The notes beneath the pieces are model-generated. The model saw only the letters and a list, made by a program, of their open reading frames with translations. It made no database searches and was not told the origin of the DNA. A stretch of DNA of 64,000 nt, taken from the NCBI GenBank assembly GCA_028534125.1, contig CM052816.1, positions 40,612,001 through 40,676,000 on the forward strand, in the 5' to 3' direction. Shown piece by piece: positions 63,965 to 64,000 of this stretch (its first letter is position 1; each line of letters begins with the position of its first letter). This stretch comes from Lama glama (lineage: Eukaryota). The position numbers were made by a program, and so were the translations under genes.

Positions 63965-64000
63965 CAGTTGACCCTTGAACAACACTGTGTGGGGGTTAGG
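63965..64000. mobile_element. Start of a second Tigger MITE (truncated by the window edge)
   Basis: TA followed by CAGTTGACCCTTGAACAAC..GGGGGTTAGG, the same terminus as 60132. Confidence 0.8.

Overview
This is AT-rich, CpG-poor mammalian genomic DNA with no recognisable protein-coding exon, RNA gene or CRISPR array. It reads as an intergenic region or a deep intron made largely of transposon remnants. A tRNA-derived SINE at about 42.0 kb and a recurring L1 3'UTR type resemble camelid (alpaca/camel) repeats as I recall them, so the host assignment is an inference. The window holds a decayed full-length L1 (about 6.95-13.2 kb), three L1 copies with twin-priming 5' inversions, several internally deleted L1s, and an old L1 5' half carrying two nested solo LTRs. 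A further solo LTR is split by an L1. There are also MaLR/ERVL/ERV1 LTRs, Tigger/mariner MITEs, L2/MIR relics and (TA)n microsatellites. Every ORF I could recognise is an L1 fragment or an antisense shadow of one. I found no convincing new biological system. The best leads are an ORF1-retaining, EN/RT-deleted L1 that could be a non-autonomous family, a CpG-rich solo LTR with two NRF1-like motifs, and a repeat-poor island rich in TALE motifs. Subfamily names come from memory of consensus sequences and need RepeatMasker/Dfam confirmation. Boundaries without target-site duplications (TSDs) are approximate.
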